Below, one piece after another: positions 1 to 12,392 of a DNA stretch of 64,000 nucleotides. The number at the start of each line of letters is the position of its first letter. Position 1 is the stretch's first letter. This stretch comes from Azolla caroliniana (Eukaryota > Plantae > Polypodiophyta): contig JBHGNT010000004.1 of NCBI GenBank assembly GCA_043228905.1, positions 8,246,001 to 8,310,000 on the forward strand, written 5' to 3'. The notes below the pieces were generated by a model, which was not told the DNA's origin, made no database searches, and saw nothing but the letters and a program-made list of their open reading frames with translations. The position numbers were made by a program, and so were the translations under genes.

Positions 1-689
1 TAGCACGAACTCTTGATCTTCTACTCTCTCCTGGATCTAGTGGTACCTCCGCTGGATATGTTTCGTTCGAGAATGGTAGGCCGTGTTCTTTGCAAGGTGG
101 ATGGCACTTTGACTATCGCAGTAAAGCCGATATTCCTCCTATTGGATCCCTAGCTCTTTGATGAAGTCCTTCATCCAGATTATCTCCTTGTCGGCTTCCA
201 CAACTGCCATGTACTCCGCCTCTGTGGTTGTCAACGCAACCATCTTCTGCAGCCTCGATTGCCATGATACAACTCCCCTTGCCTAAGTCATGACATATCC
301 GGATGTAGACCAGTTGGTATCCGCATAAGCCGACATATCCAAATCCGTGAATCCGTCAAGTTGGGGATTACCAGAGCCGAACCAGAGGCACATACTCACA
401 GTGCCTTTCAAGTACCGGAGTATCCACTTGACCGTGTTCCAGTGCTCTTTGCCAGGATTGCTCATGAACCGGCTCACCACTCCGACTCCGTATCCGATAT
501 CCGGCCGGGTACATACCATTGCGTACATCAAGCTCCCGATGGTAGAGGCATATGGTATCTTCATCATATCCTTCTTCTCTGCCTTTGTCCTCGGGCTTTG
601 TTTTCCGGATAGCTTGCAGTTTGCCGGAAGTGTCGATCCGACTGACTTTGCCTCCGACACGTTGAACCGTTGAAGCACCTTTGTCACGT
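1..689 (-). pseudogene. Copia A0 RT C-terminus / RNase H fragment
   Basis: ORF 283-750: PYASTIGSLMYAMVCTRPDI...WILRYLKGT...DGFTD; continues past an in-frame stop to SWQSRLQ..TTEAEY. Confidence 0.9.
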
Positions 690-1481
690 TGTCACGGTAT
701 TCCGCGCAGATGCGTAGAAATGGGGCAGGACCACGGGGGTCTTGAACCAAGGAATCATGAAGTGAGGGGAAGGAGTCCGCATTTCACGTGAACACAGAGA
801 TCGTGGGTAGACAGAGAAGAGTAGCGGAGAGAGAATCGTGTGTTTCCGGCCTGACACAACACGACAAGACAAAGACACAGTGAGCAACTCATATTAACGA
901 GGTAAGTTATATTAAAGAGAATGGGCGCATAGTGCAGTAAGCGTTTACAACCGTATCCGAGCCGGTGACAGAGTCTCGAGTAGAATACCAACGTAAAACG
1001 ATGCAGTAGATTAACGCGAGTAGGTAGAACGTGCGCGTGAAGCGCAGGGAAAACAACCGGTATGGTCCGGTAACCGAGCTTCGAGCTCTAGAGCAGACAC
1101 ACACAGTAAGGTGAACCTCTGGTCGGGAGCACATGGGCATCTGACGCGAGCCAAGGGTCCACCTTCCGAGATTCAGTTGTAGAGCTTTAGCCGAGTGCAA
1201 GCGAAAGAGAGAGAGAGCCCCTGTCTCTAGTTCAGCAACATCTTCTTCTCCTCTAGATCGTCCCCCTTAAACAGTTTGAGGTCGCCCCTTTTATAGCACA
1301 AGGAGTGACTGTTACATCGGCTTTAATGATCTGTCGTTATCCATCCCTAGATTCTCTCCTTGATTTGCTCTCCTCGTTACTCTCCGACATAAGTTAATTC
1401 AAAAGGGTAGTGTACTCGTGTACACCCGTGTTCCCGCGTTTTCGACAACGTTTCCTCTTGTGGCTTGGAATCTTCACGACA
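690..1481 (-). repeat. 3' LTR of Gypsy A
   Basis: Direct repeat of 8080-8870; TG...CA ends; flanked by the minus-strand PPT (TCCGCCCCC, 1482-1490). Confidence 0.93.
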
Positions 1482-1509
1482 TCCGCCCCCACTAAACCGC
1501 ACATCCTCT

Positions 1510-4500
1510 GGTATGTGCCGGGTAGCGAATTTAGTGAGGGATTTCGAGGTCAACCGTTACTCGTCCTCCTGGTTTCAATCGCCGCTTTTGATCCCCACCT
1601 CTAGGTCTGGTTCCCCCTCGTTCCGCCTCTTGAAGGCCTTTATCCGCTTCCTGGCCACCAATGTCGTTATTCAGGTCTCGTCGAGCTCCATGAGATGATA
1701 TGTCGCATTGTCGTTAGTGCTGATTACCACGTACGACCCAAACCACCGTTTTGCGAACTTACGTGTAGACTGATGATGGTTGTCGAGATTGCTGTCGTAG
1801 ACCAACACCCAACCGCCTTCTTCGATCTTCTTTGGCCGGAGTCGGTGCGTTCGGTCGAACCTGGCCTTGTTTTGGTTTCTCGCTTTCTTCACCCTCGCGG
1901 TTGCCTGTTCCACATCTTCCGGCCTTCGCTCGGGTTGTCGGATGCGTGCTACCAACAACTCCTCTTGGCTCATTTCGTCGGCCCAATCGATTGCCATCCA
2001 GGAGGCCATTGTCCGCTCCACTGGCATGATGGGTTTCTACCCGAACATGAGTTCCACGAGCATGTACCCTATCACCGAACTGTGGGTAACTTCCTGTCTG
2101 CCCATAGCGTGTAAGGGACTAGCCTTGGACAATCGTTGACTCGTCCTTTGCATGCGCGTATAATGGCCTTTATGATTGGACCATGGCCCCGCTCAATCTT
2201 CCCGTTCGCTTCAAGGTTGTATGCCGTTGTGAGGGGCAACCTCACACCTAACCGGTTGAACAGTTCCTTGGCCTCCGCATCCAGCTCTCCTTGGTCAGCC
2301 ACAATATTTCCTATGCACATGTATTGGCATATGACATCTTTGATCAGAAATTTGCATACTACCGCGGTGGTTTTGTTTGTTAGCACTCGATCCTCCACCT
2401 AGTTCGTCAGATCTTCCCTTGCTAGCACTAAGTATCGCATATGGCCTACTCCCATCGGCATCGTTACCAAGTTGACCATCCATTTGAAGTGTATGGCCGG
2501 CGGGTATGTTGGGTGCAGCTCGTCGCGGTGACGAACCACCAAGCGCATCTGGCAACTTTTGCATGTTGACACAAAGTCGTGCATGCCCTTATATATACTT
2601 GGCCACCAATATTTCTCCTTTAACTTCTCGAACGTGGCTCATGTACCCCGGTGCCCAGACCAAGGGCTTTCGTAGAACTCTGATATCAATCTCTCTCGAT
2701 CCTCCGCCCGTGCTATTACCTAGAGTGGCCCTGTCCTGAAGATCCGTCACTACGTGCGGATCGTGAGGCGGAACCGCCGGGGTTCTGGACCGGAAGGATT
2801 TGAAGTTTGCACTAACTTTAGCGAGAAAGTATTTAAGATAGATTGAGAGAGATTGATATGACGAAAGAGAGATATTGAGATAAAGATTGAACTTTTAACT
2901 TTTAGATTTAAAAGAGAAGATACATCAACAATAGTATTACAAGTTTCTTATTTTTCCCAAATTTTTCATTAGTTTCATTTGCTTGATTCCTCCACTCTTT
3001 TATAGATGCCCCCATGCATATGGTGCATGTGAGGGTGCAAGACATGCACGTAATGCATGAAATGCATGCTTGCCATGTCATCATCTAAGATCTCATGTAT
3101 GAGAATTTACATGTAAAAGTATAATGATAAAAATATAGTTTTTAAGGAAATGACTTGGCTCGCCGGCTCCGTCTGGTTGGCCAAAACCTTTACAAGTAGT
3201 TTAGGGGTCGTCGTCTCGCCGTCGCCGGATCCGTTCGGTTACGGTCGGCCAAAACATTTACAAGTAGTTAGGCCACACCCATTCATCCGATTAGTTTAGC
3301 TCAAGTCACCTTGAACATTCTATGATCCACTCATAAACATAAAAGTAATAGATTTTGGCTCTGCTTATATACTCTAGGATCCTTATTTGTCCTGTCTATG
3401 TGGGATATCTCATAGTTTTGTTTTGTTTTTTTTTTCTTCTTCGCAAACTTCATACCCACATAACTTGCCACTTAGTTGTCTATTTCTTATGTGGTAAAGT
3501 GTATTTGAAAGCTCTTGAAGACCTCCATCATTTTGTACCAAGATATTAAACTAGTATAAAATAGTATCTTCACTATTATTGTTTTATGTTGTGTGTGAAG
3601 AACCACACTCGATTTTGTACATTCCTCACAATTTTCACACCGTTGCCGAAAATCTTCACGATAGCGAGTCGTTCCGCTTCTTCGGATGCCTCTAGATTTT
3701 CCTGTTTCGTAGGAAGTACCTGTACACCTTCTTCTGGAGTTGTCTCGCTTCCTCCCTAGTCAACGAGGCGTCCGTCGTCATCGTATTTAGGAATCTCCTG
3801 ATTAGAAGCCACTCCTCGTTGTAGTCGTTCTCGTCAAACTCGTTTAGAGATGAAGTGCTCCGCCTTTTTACCTTCATCCTTGCCGATTTGAAGAAGTCCG
3901 CGCCGACTTCTTCGTCTTCTGATACCATGCCGTCCTCCTTCTCGAACCTGACTCTAGAAAGCATATCGGCCATGGCGTTGTCTTTTCCGGAGATGTTCCG
4001 TATTTCCGGGTTCAGGGACTTGATGTACGCAATCCATCTGAGCATGGCTAGGTCAGGAGTCGCGCATCTGGAGACCATACCGAGAATCGGCACACAATCC
4101 GTCTCTATAATTACTTCTGTCCCAATCAAGTAGTCCTTGTTGACCTTAACCGCCGAAACAATACGCCACAGTTTGTGCTTGACCTGGGCGTATCCTCGTT
4201 GTCGCTCGCTCAATACCTTCGCACCGAACCAGATAGGGAAACGCGTGTCGTTCTCGTCCTCCTGATTTACGACCCATCCGATTCCGGTCGGGCTAGTGTC
4301 CACCGTGATGTAAACCGGAGAGTCCGGTGTGTACATTGCTTTTTGTAAAGCCGGTGCCGTTGTCAGCGTTCGTTTTAGCCTCCGGATTGCCTCTATGTGT
4401 TCTTTGGCCCATTCGAACTTCCTGCTTTTCTTTAGCAAGCCGTAGAGTGGTTTGACGATGTGTGCATAGTTAGGTATCCATATGTGGTAGAAGGCGCATG

Positions 4501-5944
4501 CTCCTAAGAAACGTCGGACTTCCGTGATGGATCTGCACTCCTTCATTGCCATGATGGCCTCTACCTTTGTAGGGGGCAGCTTCCGGCCATATAGCCCGCA
4601 TAGGTGGCCGACCACTAAGATCTCTAGTTGTTCGAAAGCCGACTTCTCCCCGGAGAAGGTAAGCAGAGTGCCCTCAAGCCTCTACAATATCTTCTCACAG
4701 TTGGAGATTTGGTCTGTAACAAACCTTCGACATTCATCCTCTCCGGTCGACTCATCCTTCATGTCCTCCAGACACCCCTTTATAGGGATGTCATCAAGGA
4801 ACAACATGGTGATGTTTGGGATGCAGTCCCTCAGAACTTTGTTCATTGCGTTCATCATGTGTGCCATCGAGTTGGTCGCTCCTTGCGGTAGGTTGCACAT
4901 CCGAACCAAACCGAGAGTGGTCCGCATCGTCGTGATGTCCCTGCTTTCGATGGCTAGTTGGAATTGGTCGTACCTCGAGTATAGATCTCCGACTGAATAT
5001 ATGGATCTCCCGGCGAAGGCTTTTGCAAACTCATCAATCGACGGTCTGACTCCCGTATTGCGGATGGTTACTTTATTGACCGACTATAGGTCCTGAATGA
5101 AGCGCAACGTGTCGTTCTTCTTTGGTACCGTAAACCATCAGTTAGAGTACGGGGCACTCGATGGTTCGAGGATGCCCAACTTCACTTTCTACTAAAGAGG
5201 CTCCATGAACATCAGAACATGAGCTCTTGGTACCTGGATCGGCTTGAGACTCCATGACACGTGCGGTACCGTAAAGATCACCGTTGGTTTGACCACGGTC
5301 GGGTAAACGCGCCCGATCTCTTCCGGTGAGAATGCGAAGGCTTTCTCGTGCTTCTCAAGCATCCTCCTGAACCGGTCCTCTTCCGCCAGCAGTAGGAAGC
5401 CACCCCCACCGATCTTCAGCTCTCACAATGTTTTGTTGGTGAAATGGTGTCCTATGCCGGCCGGATCTCGCAAGCTAGGGTCGGTGGCGACCCCCTTTAT
5501 TTGTTCCCAGTTGCCCTCCGGCAAGGGAGCCGTGACTAGCTTCACCTTCCGGTCTACAGTCTTGTACTTGGTGTTTACTCGGGCGGTCCGATGCGCCCTA
5601 TTCTCCTTTTCGAAGTCCGCGATGACTTCGTACATCTCGATTGAGTTGACCGGTATGACCTGATCTTCACTTAGACCTCCTTTGACTATCCTCTCGATTT
5701 GTCCAAGGGTGTCATCGAACGAGACTGCCTCCATGGCTTCACCAATCCTTTCATCGTGGCCCAAGGCTCTGCATGCCTTCAAGTGCGTCTCGGCCCGTTT
5801 CTTTTCTTGGCCGCTAATGCCGGTTATGGTACAACCTCCGTTGTCAAAGAACAAAATATTTCTACCTATAGTACAGGTGTGGGGTATGTTCCGGTCCTTC
5901 GGACTATCGCGACCTCACGCCTTGATAGCCCTTTCTAAAAATCC
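1510..5944 (-). pseudogene. Gypsy A pol (RT-RNase H-integrase) with stops and frameshifts, interrupted by a solo LTR
   Basis: ORFs 5423-5854, 4682-4927 (LPQGATNS..FLDD), 3692-4615 (RNase H), 2399-2584, 2072-2398 and 1671-2027 (integrase). Confidence 0.9.
2732..3663. mobile_element. Solo LTR of the same Gypsy lineage, inserted in Gypsy A pol
   Basis: AT-rich 930-bp insert; ends TGTCCTGAAGAT...ATCTTCACGATA (decayed TGTCGTGAAGAT/ATCTTCACGACA). The host reading KRNDS|PL resumes across it with a 4-nt duplication (GCCC/GCGA, degenerate). Confidence 0.8.
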
Positions 5945-8035
5945 TCTCGGCCGGTGTTCTCGAGGGTGTCCTGGTTTCACTCTTGATTCTGCCGTATTGT
6001 CAAAAACTGGACGGAGTGACGACCGTCCTGACTTTTTACCCTTGCGTAGGCCGAACCATTGTCTAATACTTTGGTGTCCATTTGAGCCGCCATGATGTAT
6101 GGTTCGCTGAGAATGACCGGATGGGAAGACGTCTCCTGTACGAAAAAGTGTTGGTCTATCTCGACGTACACTTACTCTAACATTTGGACAAGCCCCGTGT
6201 AACTCTTCTGTGGTCCTCATAGCCGCACGTATCTTCCATCCATGTTTAGTGTTGATTGGCCATTTCCCCTTTTTGTAGAAGTCCATGGACATTAGGTTAA
6301 TTTCCGACCCGTGATCGATCAACGCTACCACTGGCTCCTTCACATCCCCGATACAAATTGGGGTTTCTGTTGTCGCTCTTGCCCAGTGTGGCCTGGCGTA
6401 GTGGCTTTCCGCAAGCTTGTCTTCCGCGGCCATCTTGTCGAGGAGCACCGCCCTTACTTCAACTGGCTTTTCTGGTTCCGGTTGCATCGTGAGACACTTT
6501 CTCTTCACGAGATCCACAATGCTGTCGTGGAATTCTCTCCTTGCTATGCCTAGCACTTCCCTCAGCGTGAGTTCTATGCGACTATCGAGAACTCGCTCCT
6601 CCAGAACCTTCCGCAGGTCCGTCGTTTTCTCGATCTCCGAGCTTAGTCGGAAGCTCGGAACCTTGCACTTTTCCTTTTCCTGGGATCCGATTGGAGTGGC
6701 ATTGTGCCTCTTGGGTCCGCTTCGGGTGTCATACCTCCCTGAAGGGCCCGCTCCTCCGGTCTTTCCGGCCCTCCTCTCGTCGACCAGGGCCTCATAGTTT
6801 TGGCACACGACTTCCACAAAGCCGGTGCTTTCTTCAACTGGGTCACTCTAGCTAGTGACCTCGCATACACGTTTCTCCACGTGCTCCGCTTCTCCCTTTT
6901 GCAGCCTTCCCCCGGAGAACCCGAGGTGTGTATTGGGTGTAGCCACCTTTCCACCTACGCAGATGCCGGCCGAGGCCGAGTAATGGATGGCATTGATGTG
7001 CCGCACCGCGACTTCTTCCATTAACCTCTTCATGCCACCTCGTCCAGGATTTAGCTCGAGCATTCTCCTTGTGTCGCTCGCATGAACCCTGATGTTCCAA
7101 AGGTACAACACATTGCTCTTGTGCGCTTCGCCGAAGTCGGCACAATCTCTCTGGGCATGACTGATGGCATCGCACCATATGCACCTTTGGTTGGCCGGGG
7201 GCTGCCGGTCGCATGACTGACCTTCGTCGCTTCGTCGGGCCTGGGCGATCTGGAGATCACGCACCATCCTCGTCAGTTCTTCCAGACCTGCGCTGCCTGA
7301 TGGCCCCGCGACTACGTTTGCCAGAGGCTGGCCCAACTCGAGCCACCTTCTCGTCTCTTCCGCTCGGGTTGGCGTCGGCTCGGGCCTTGTTTCGATAGCT
7401 GGCCCAGCCGGCGAGGACCCCTTATCTTTCCTATCTCTACGCTTGTCGATCCTACCACACACTCCTTTGACCACTGCCTAGTCGATTGTGAGACCGTCGT
7501 TTGTCTCTAGAGGGAGGCCCACATTGCCGCGATTGAGCAAATCGAACGATCTAACGAACAACAGAACCTTGCTCGTGTCAAGCATGGTCCGGTCCAACGT
7601 CGAGAGCCGCGCGAATCGTGACTCGAACTCTTGGAGGAGCGCTGAAGCATTTCGAACCTTGCCAGGGTTGTCAACCCAATCCATAAAGTCCTTTTCTGAC
7701 AGTCGGAGCGAGTCATCGAAGTTGTACCGCTCGAGAACCCACTCTACGAAGTTTGCCCAATCGTGGCATCCTGCTTGTATTTCGATCATCTCCGCATGGA
7801 TGCTCGACGTCACGACCCGGGCAAATCCGGTCAGCCATCTGTCCTCTGGAATGTTCCTCATTTGCATCTCGGATCTGTAGGCCTCCAGGTAACTCGTGGC
7901 ATCTTTACCACCGAACCAACCTACCTTGTCGACCGTTGCTTCTATGGCCCTGTCGAGGGCACTCATGCCCTCGTGAGCACTAACTAGGTGGTCTACAACC
8001 ACCGCCATCGCTTCGCCAAATTCACTCCCTCTCAT
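5935..8035 (-). pseudogene. Gypsy A gag-protease
   Basis: ORFs 7478-8035, 6848-7474 (CIWCDAISHAQRDC zinc knuckle) and 5915-6817/5977-6171 (ALIDHGSEINLM); the frame ends GAT TTT TAG. Confidence 0.88.
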
Positions 8036-8059
8036 TTTCAGATTCCTTTGCCGCCCCTT

Positions 8060-8075
8060 TTCACGTGTTTCACCA
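8060..8075 (-). promoter_or_regulatory. Degenerate primer-binding site (tRNA-Trp type) of Gypsy A
   Basis: TGGTGAAACACGTGAA, 4 nt from the LTR; related to TGGTGAACCCGACGTGAA in Gypsy F. Confidence 0.7.
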
Positions 8076-8079
8076 AAGA

Positions 8080-8870
8080 TGTCACGGTATTCTACGCGGA
8101 TGCGTAGAAACGGGGCAGGACCACGGGGGTGTTGAGCCAAGGAATCATGAAGTGAAGGGAAGGAGTCCGCAGTTTGCATGAACACGAGACCGTGGGTAGA
8201 CAAATAAGAGTAGTGGAGAGAGAATCGTGTGTTTCCGGCCCGACACGACGCGATAAGACAGAGACACAATGAGCAACTCAGATTAACAAGGTAAGTTATA
8301 TTAAAGAGAATGGGTGCATAGCACAATAAGCGATTACAACTGGATCCGAGCCGGTGACAGAGTCTTGAGTAGAATAGCAACGTAAAACGATGCAGTAGAT
8401 TAACGTTAGTAGGTAGAACGTGCGCGTGAAGCACAGGGAAAACAACCGGTATGGTTCGGTAACCGAGCTTCGAGCTCTAGAGCAGACACACACAGTAAGG
8501 TGAACCTCTGGTCGGGAGCACGCGGGTGTCTGACACGAGCAGAGGGTCCATCTTCCGAGATTCGGTTGTAGAGCTTCAACCGAGAGTAAGTGAAAGAGAG
8601 AGAGAACCCCTTTCTCTGGTTCGGCATCGTCTTCTTCTCCTCTAGATCGTCCCGCTTAAACAATCTGAGGCCACCCCTTTTATAGCACAAGGAGAGACTG
8701 TTACATCAGCTTTAATGACCCGTCGCTATCCATCCCTAGATTCTCTCCTTGATTTTATCTCCTCGTTACTCTCCCACATAAGTTAATTCAAAAGGGTAGT
8801 GTACTTGTGTACACCCGTGTTCCCGCGTTTTCGACGACGTTTCATCTTGTGGCCCGGAATCTTCACGACA
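8080..8870 (-). repeat. 5' LTR of Gypsy A
   Basis: Direct repeat of 690-1481, adjacent to the PBS. Confidence 0.93.
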
Positions 8871-8882
8871 ACGCGACAACGT

Positions 8883-11438
8883 ACTTCTCTTGTGACAACC
8901 ACAACAACTTCTTCGACCGGTCCCGGATGATGTGCATTCCCAATATCTGTCTTGCCGGACCCAAGTCTTTCATTGAGAAGGTCCAGTTCAGAGCCTTCTT
9001 CAGCATCCGAATCTTGCCTTGGTCTTGTCCGAGGATCATCATATCATCCACATATAGGAGGAGAATCAAGAAATCTCCTTCGTCAAATTTCTTCACAAAC
9101 ACGCAGTGATCGGCTTGCGTTTTGTGGTACCCTTGCTCGGTCATGAAGGAGTTGAACTTCTGGTACCATTGCCAGGGAGCTTGCTTCAATCCATATAAGC
9201 TCTTCTTCAGCTGGCACACCAGGTGCTCCTTCCCTTTCTTCTCAAATCCTTCAAGTTGATGCATGTTGATTTCTTCTTCGAGGTCGCCATGTAGGAATGC
9301 CGTCTTGACGTCCAGTTGCTCTACCTCGAGGTCCATGCTTGTGGCTATGCTCAATACCGTCCAGATGGATGTCATTTTTACTACTGGGGCAAAGATCTCA
9401 TCGAATTCCACTCCTTTCTTCTATTGGAAGCCCTTCACCACGATTCGGGCCTTATACCTTGGTGGATTTCTGGCATCTCCTAGTTTTAGCTTGTACACCC
9501 ACTTGTTCCAGAGTGCTCTCTTCCCTTTTGGCAACTCCGTCAGATCATACATGTGGTTCTCATGCAAGGAATCCATCTCATCCTGCATGGCACTCAACCA
9601 CTTGTGGCTGTGGGTGTCTCTCTTTGCTTCTTCGAAGCTTTCCGGCTCCCCCTCATCTGTTACCAACACATGCTTTGCATCCGGAAATCTCCGTGGGGCT
9701 CTTCTCTCTCGAAGAGGGTATCTCCGTCCTTGGTTTCTGACTACCGGTTCCTCCATTTGTTCCTCATCCTCATCCGATTCGGGATCTTGTCTGATTCCGG
9801 TGTCTTCTTCTTCTTCTTCTTCTTCAGTCGGTCTGGTTTCTTGTCCATATCCGGCTGGTTCCTCGAGTGTCATCTAGTTACCAGCGAACATCTGGTTTTC
9901 AACCAGGTAAGTCCTTGTGTCCTCAAGCCGGTTTTCATTAGATGATCCGGAGTTCATCACCTTCATCTCTGACTCCCAGTCGGCAATGGTCTTGTGTTCC
10001 ATGAAGACTATGTCTCGACTTTAGAACACCTTCTTCTCGACTAGATCCCACACCCGGTAACCGAACTCATCATCGTCGTATCCAAGAAATATGCATGGCC
10101 GAGACTTCGGATTGAGCTTTGCTCTCTTGTCCTTTGCACATGCATGTAGGCAAGACATCCGAACACCTTCAGATGCCGGTAAGACACGTCCTTACCAGTC
10201 CATACTTTCTGCGGTGAGTCTCCGTCCAAGGGTACTGAGGGTGATCGGTTTATCACATAGGTCGCCGTTGTTAGCGCCTCAACCCAAAACGTCTTGGGTA
10301 GCTTTGCATGTGCCAACATGCTCTGGACTCTCTCCATCACGGTCTGGTTCATCCGTTCAGCCAACCCGTTCAATTCCGGCGTCTTCGGCACGGTAAATTC
10401 GAGCTAGATTCCCTTCGACCGGCAGTACGAGTCTCTCCATCACGGTCTGGTTCATCCGTTCAGCCAACCCATTCAATTCCGGCGTCTTCGGCACGGTAAA
10501 TTCGAGCTAGATTCCCTTCGACCGGCAGTACTCCTCGTACTGCCCCCAGTATTCTCCTCCGTTGTCCGCTCGAAAAGCCTTCAGCTTCCGACCGGTTTCT
10601 CTTTCCACTCTCGCGTGGAGTTCCTTGAAGACAGATAACACTTGATCCTTAGTCTTCAACGGTGAGACCCACAATTTCTGGCTGTGGTCATCTATGAACG
10701 TCACAAAGTACTACGATCCGGCATGTGACTTTGTGTCCACTTGACATACATTGGTATGCACTGGCTCTAGTGGTGCATTCTGTCTCATCGGTGGTTTTGA
10801 CCGGAAGGAGGTTCGGTTTTGCTTGCCGTCCAAGCAATCGGTGCACTTCTCAAGTTGCATGTCCTTCACCGGAATGAGATTGTCTTCGGCAAGTCTCTTC
10901 ATCCCCTTCTTACTCATGTGACAGAACCTCTTGTGCCACAACTCATTGATAGTGTCGGATGCTACGTTCACTTCTTTCCGGCATATACGGGCATGCATAA
11001 GATATAGCGTATTGATCTTCCGGGCTCGTGCCACAATCAGGATTCCTTTGTTGAACTTCATAACTCCGTTCCGGATGTTACCTGTGTAGCCTTCATCATC
11101 TAGCCGACCGGCTGATATCAGGTTCAGTCGAACCTCCGAAACCTGTCAGACATCCTTTAACAGCAACTTGCATCCGGTTGATGTTGTCACCGACACATCT
11201 CCTATGCCAACAATTTGGCATCCCCCCATCCGGACACAACCATGATCTTCGGCTGTGTACAATGAGAAGCATCTCCGATCCGGTGCCAGATCAAACGACG
11301 CTCCGGAATCGACAATTCACGTTGTCTCGTCGCTGACAAGATTTAACTCATTCTCCTCGGTAATGAGCATCAGTTCTTCTACACGTGTTGCGATTGCCGA
11401 CGTTCCTTTTCGATCCGGGCGTCTCTGGTCCAAACCGG
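8883..11438 (-). pseudogene. Copia A0 gag tail-protease-integrase-RT
   Basis: ORFs 10711-11061 (LWHKRFCH..CTDC), 10507-10704, 10041-10391 (ELNGLAERMN), 9421-9873 and 8863-9411. Confidence 0.9.
10329..10531. repeat. 100-bp tandem duplication with a 3-nt filler (GAG) inside Copia A0 integrase
   Basis: 10329-10428 is repeated at 10432-10531, nearly identical. Confidence 0.92.
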
Positions 11439-12353
11439 TGTCGTGAAGAATGTGCTTCACGATATAAAAATGAGCTTAAATGTTGTATTTAATAATATTT
11501 GAGAGACTCGAACCCACATCCTTATATACGAAGTACAATGTACATACCACTAGGCTAGGCTATTTATTTGTAAAGGTTTGTAATAAATGTGCTTCATGAT
11601 ATAAGAATGAAGCTATATATTGTATTAAGTAAAATTGGGAGACTTGAACTCTCAACCTTGTATGCCAAACACAAAGTATACACCACTAAGCTAGGTTAGT
11701 TATTTTAGAATACATTTTCATCATTATACTTATCCCATATCTATTTTCATACATGGGAGCTCAAGTGAGCATGATGGCTACCATGCATCACGGGCAATAC
11801 ATGTGCACCAAATGGTGATCATGCATTACATGTAACTCATGCATTGCATGCATGCCATGCTCCCATACATTACCATATGCATGGCAACACTTATATAAAG
11901 AGGGGCAAGGAAAACAAGAGATAATCAGGAGAGAGTGAGAAAATAATACAATCAAGTAGAGAAGACTAGCTAGCTCATTGGGTGGAGAACCTCTCGTTTT
12001 GAAGTTGAGGTCGTGGGTTCAAATCAAGGGTCGGTAGAGAATGGGTTTAGTTTGCGATCAAGGATTGTAAAGTTGGTAAAATATTGTCTTTTTAATATAC
12101 ATCATGTTTATATCAAATACTCTTGCTTCTTAAATCATACTTTGTCTCTATCTTGCTTCTTGAATCATATATTGTCTCTATCTTCTATCTATTCTCGTCT
12201 CTCTCTCTCTCACACATTACTCGTAACTCTTCTTCTTGCTATTCTTAACCTTTCTAACATCACCATACAAGACTTATTAAAATTTAAGTTCCTTCAACTC
12301 CCGTTAACCTTAGTCCCTGCGACTTCATCGCACGAACCACAACTACCCCAATA
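11439..12353 (+). repeat. 5' LTR of Gypsy B, with two ~137-bp U3 repeats carrying tRNA-like modules and a TATA box at ~11893
   Basis: The first ~345 bp recur at 17944-18286; begins TGTCGTGAAG. Confidence 0.9.
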
Positions 12354-12357
12354 CATT

Positions 12358-12375
12358 TGGTGAACCTGACGTGAA
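12358..12375 (+). promoter_or_regulatory. PBS complementary to the 3' end of tRNA-Trp
   Basis: TGGTGAACCTGACGTGAA, 17/18 match to the reverse complement of the plant tRNA-Trp end TTCACGTCGGGTTCACCA. Confidence 0.85.
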
Positions 12376-12392
12376 GGCGGCGACAAGAAAAA

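Larger units (their letters stand above)
690..8870 (-). mobile_element. Gypsy A: full-length, degenerate, fungal-like non-chromodomain Ty3/Gypsy element (gag-PR / RT-RH-INT)
   Basis: Paired ~790-bp LTRs (TGTCA...GACA), PBS next to the right LTR, PPT next to the left LTR, IDHGSEIN protease, FLDD RT, H2C2 plus DDE integrase; 4-bp TSD ACGT (686-689 / 8879-8882). Confidence 0.95.
1..11438 (-). mobile_element. Ty1/Copia LTR retrotransposon A0 (Tnt1/Tork-like), degenerate; split by Gypsy A (690-8870), cut at 11438 by Gypsy B, runs off the left edge
   Basis: Minus-strand gag tail, protease (IVDSGASF ~11300), integrase (ORFs 10041-11061), RT (8863-9873: YVDD, LDVKTAFLHGDL) and RT/RNase H (283-689). 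The peptide SQEKYV|TKVLQRF is continuous across the Gypsy A insertion. Confidence 0.93.

Noticed and set aside
7478-8434. 318-aa ORF as a single protein
   Set aside because: The N-terminal part is chance read-through of the LTR; gag starts near 8035.
11495-11700. Functional tRNA genes (Arg-TCG / Pro-TGG-like)
   Set aside because: No acceptor stem and a weak D stem, and they lie inside LTRs; reported as tRNA-like modules only.
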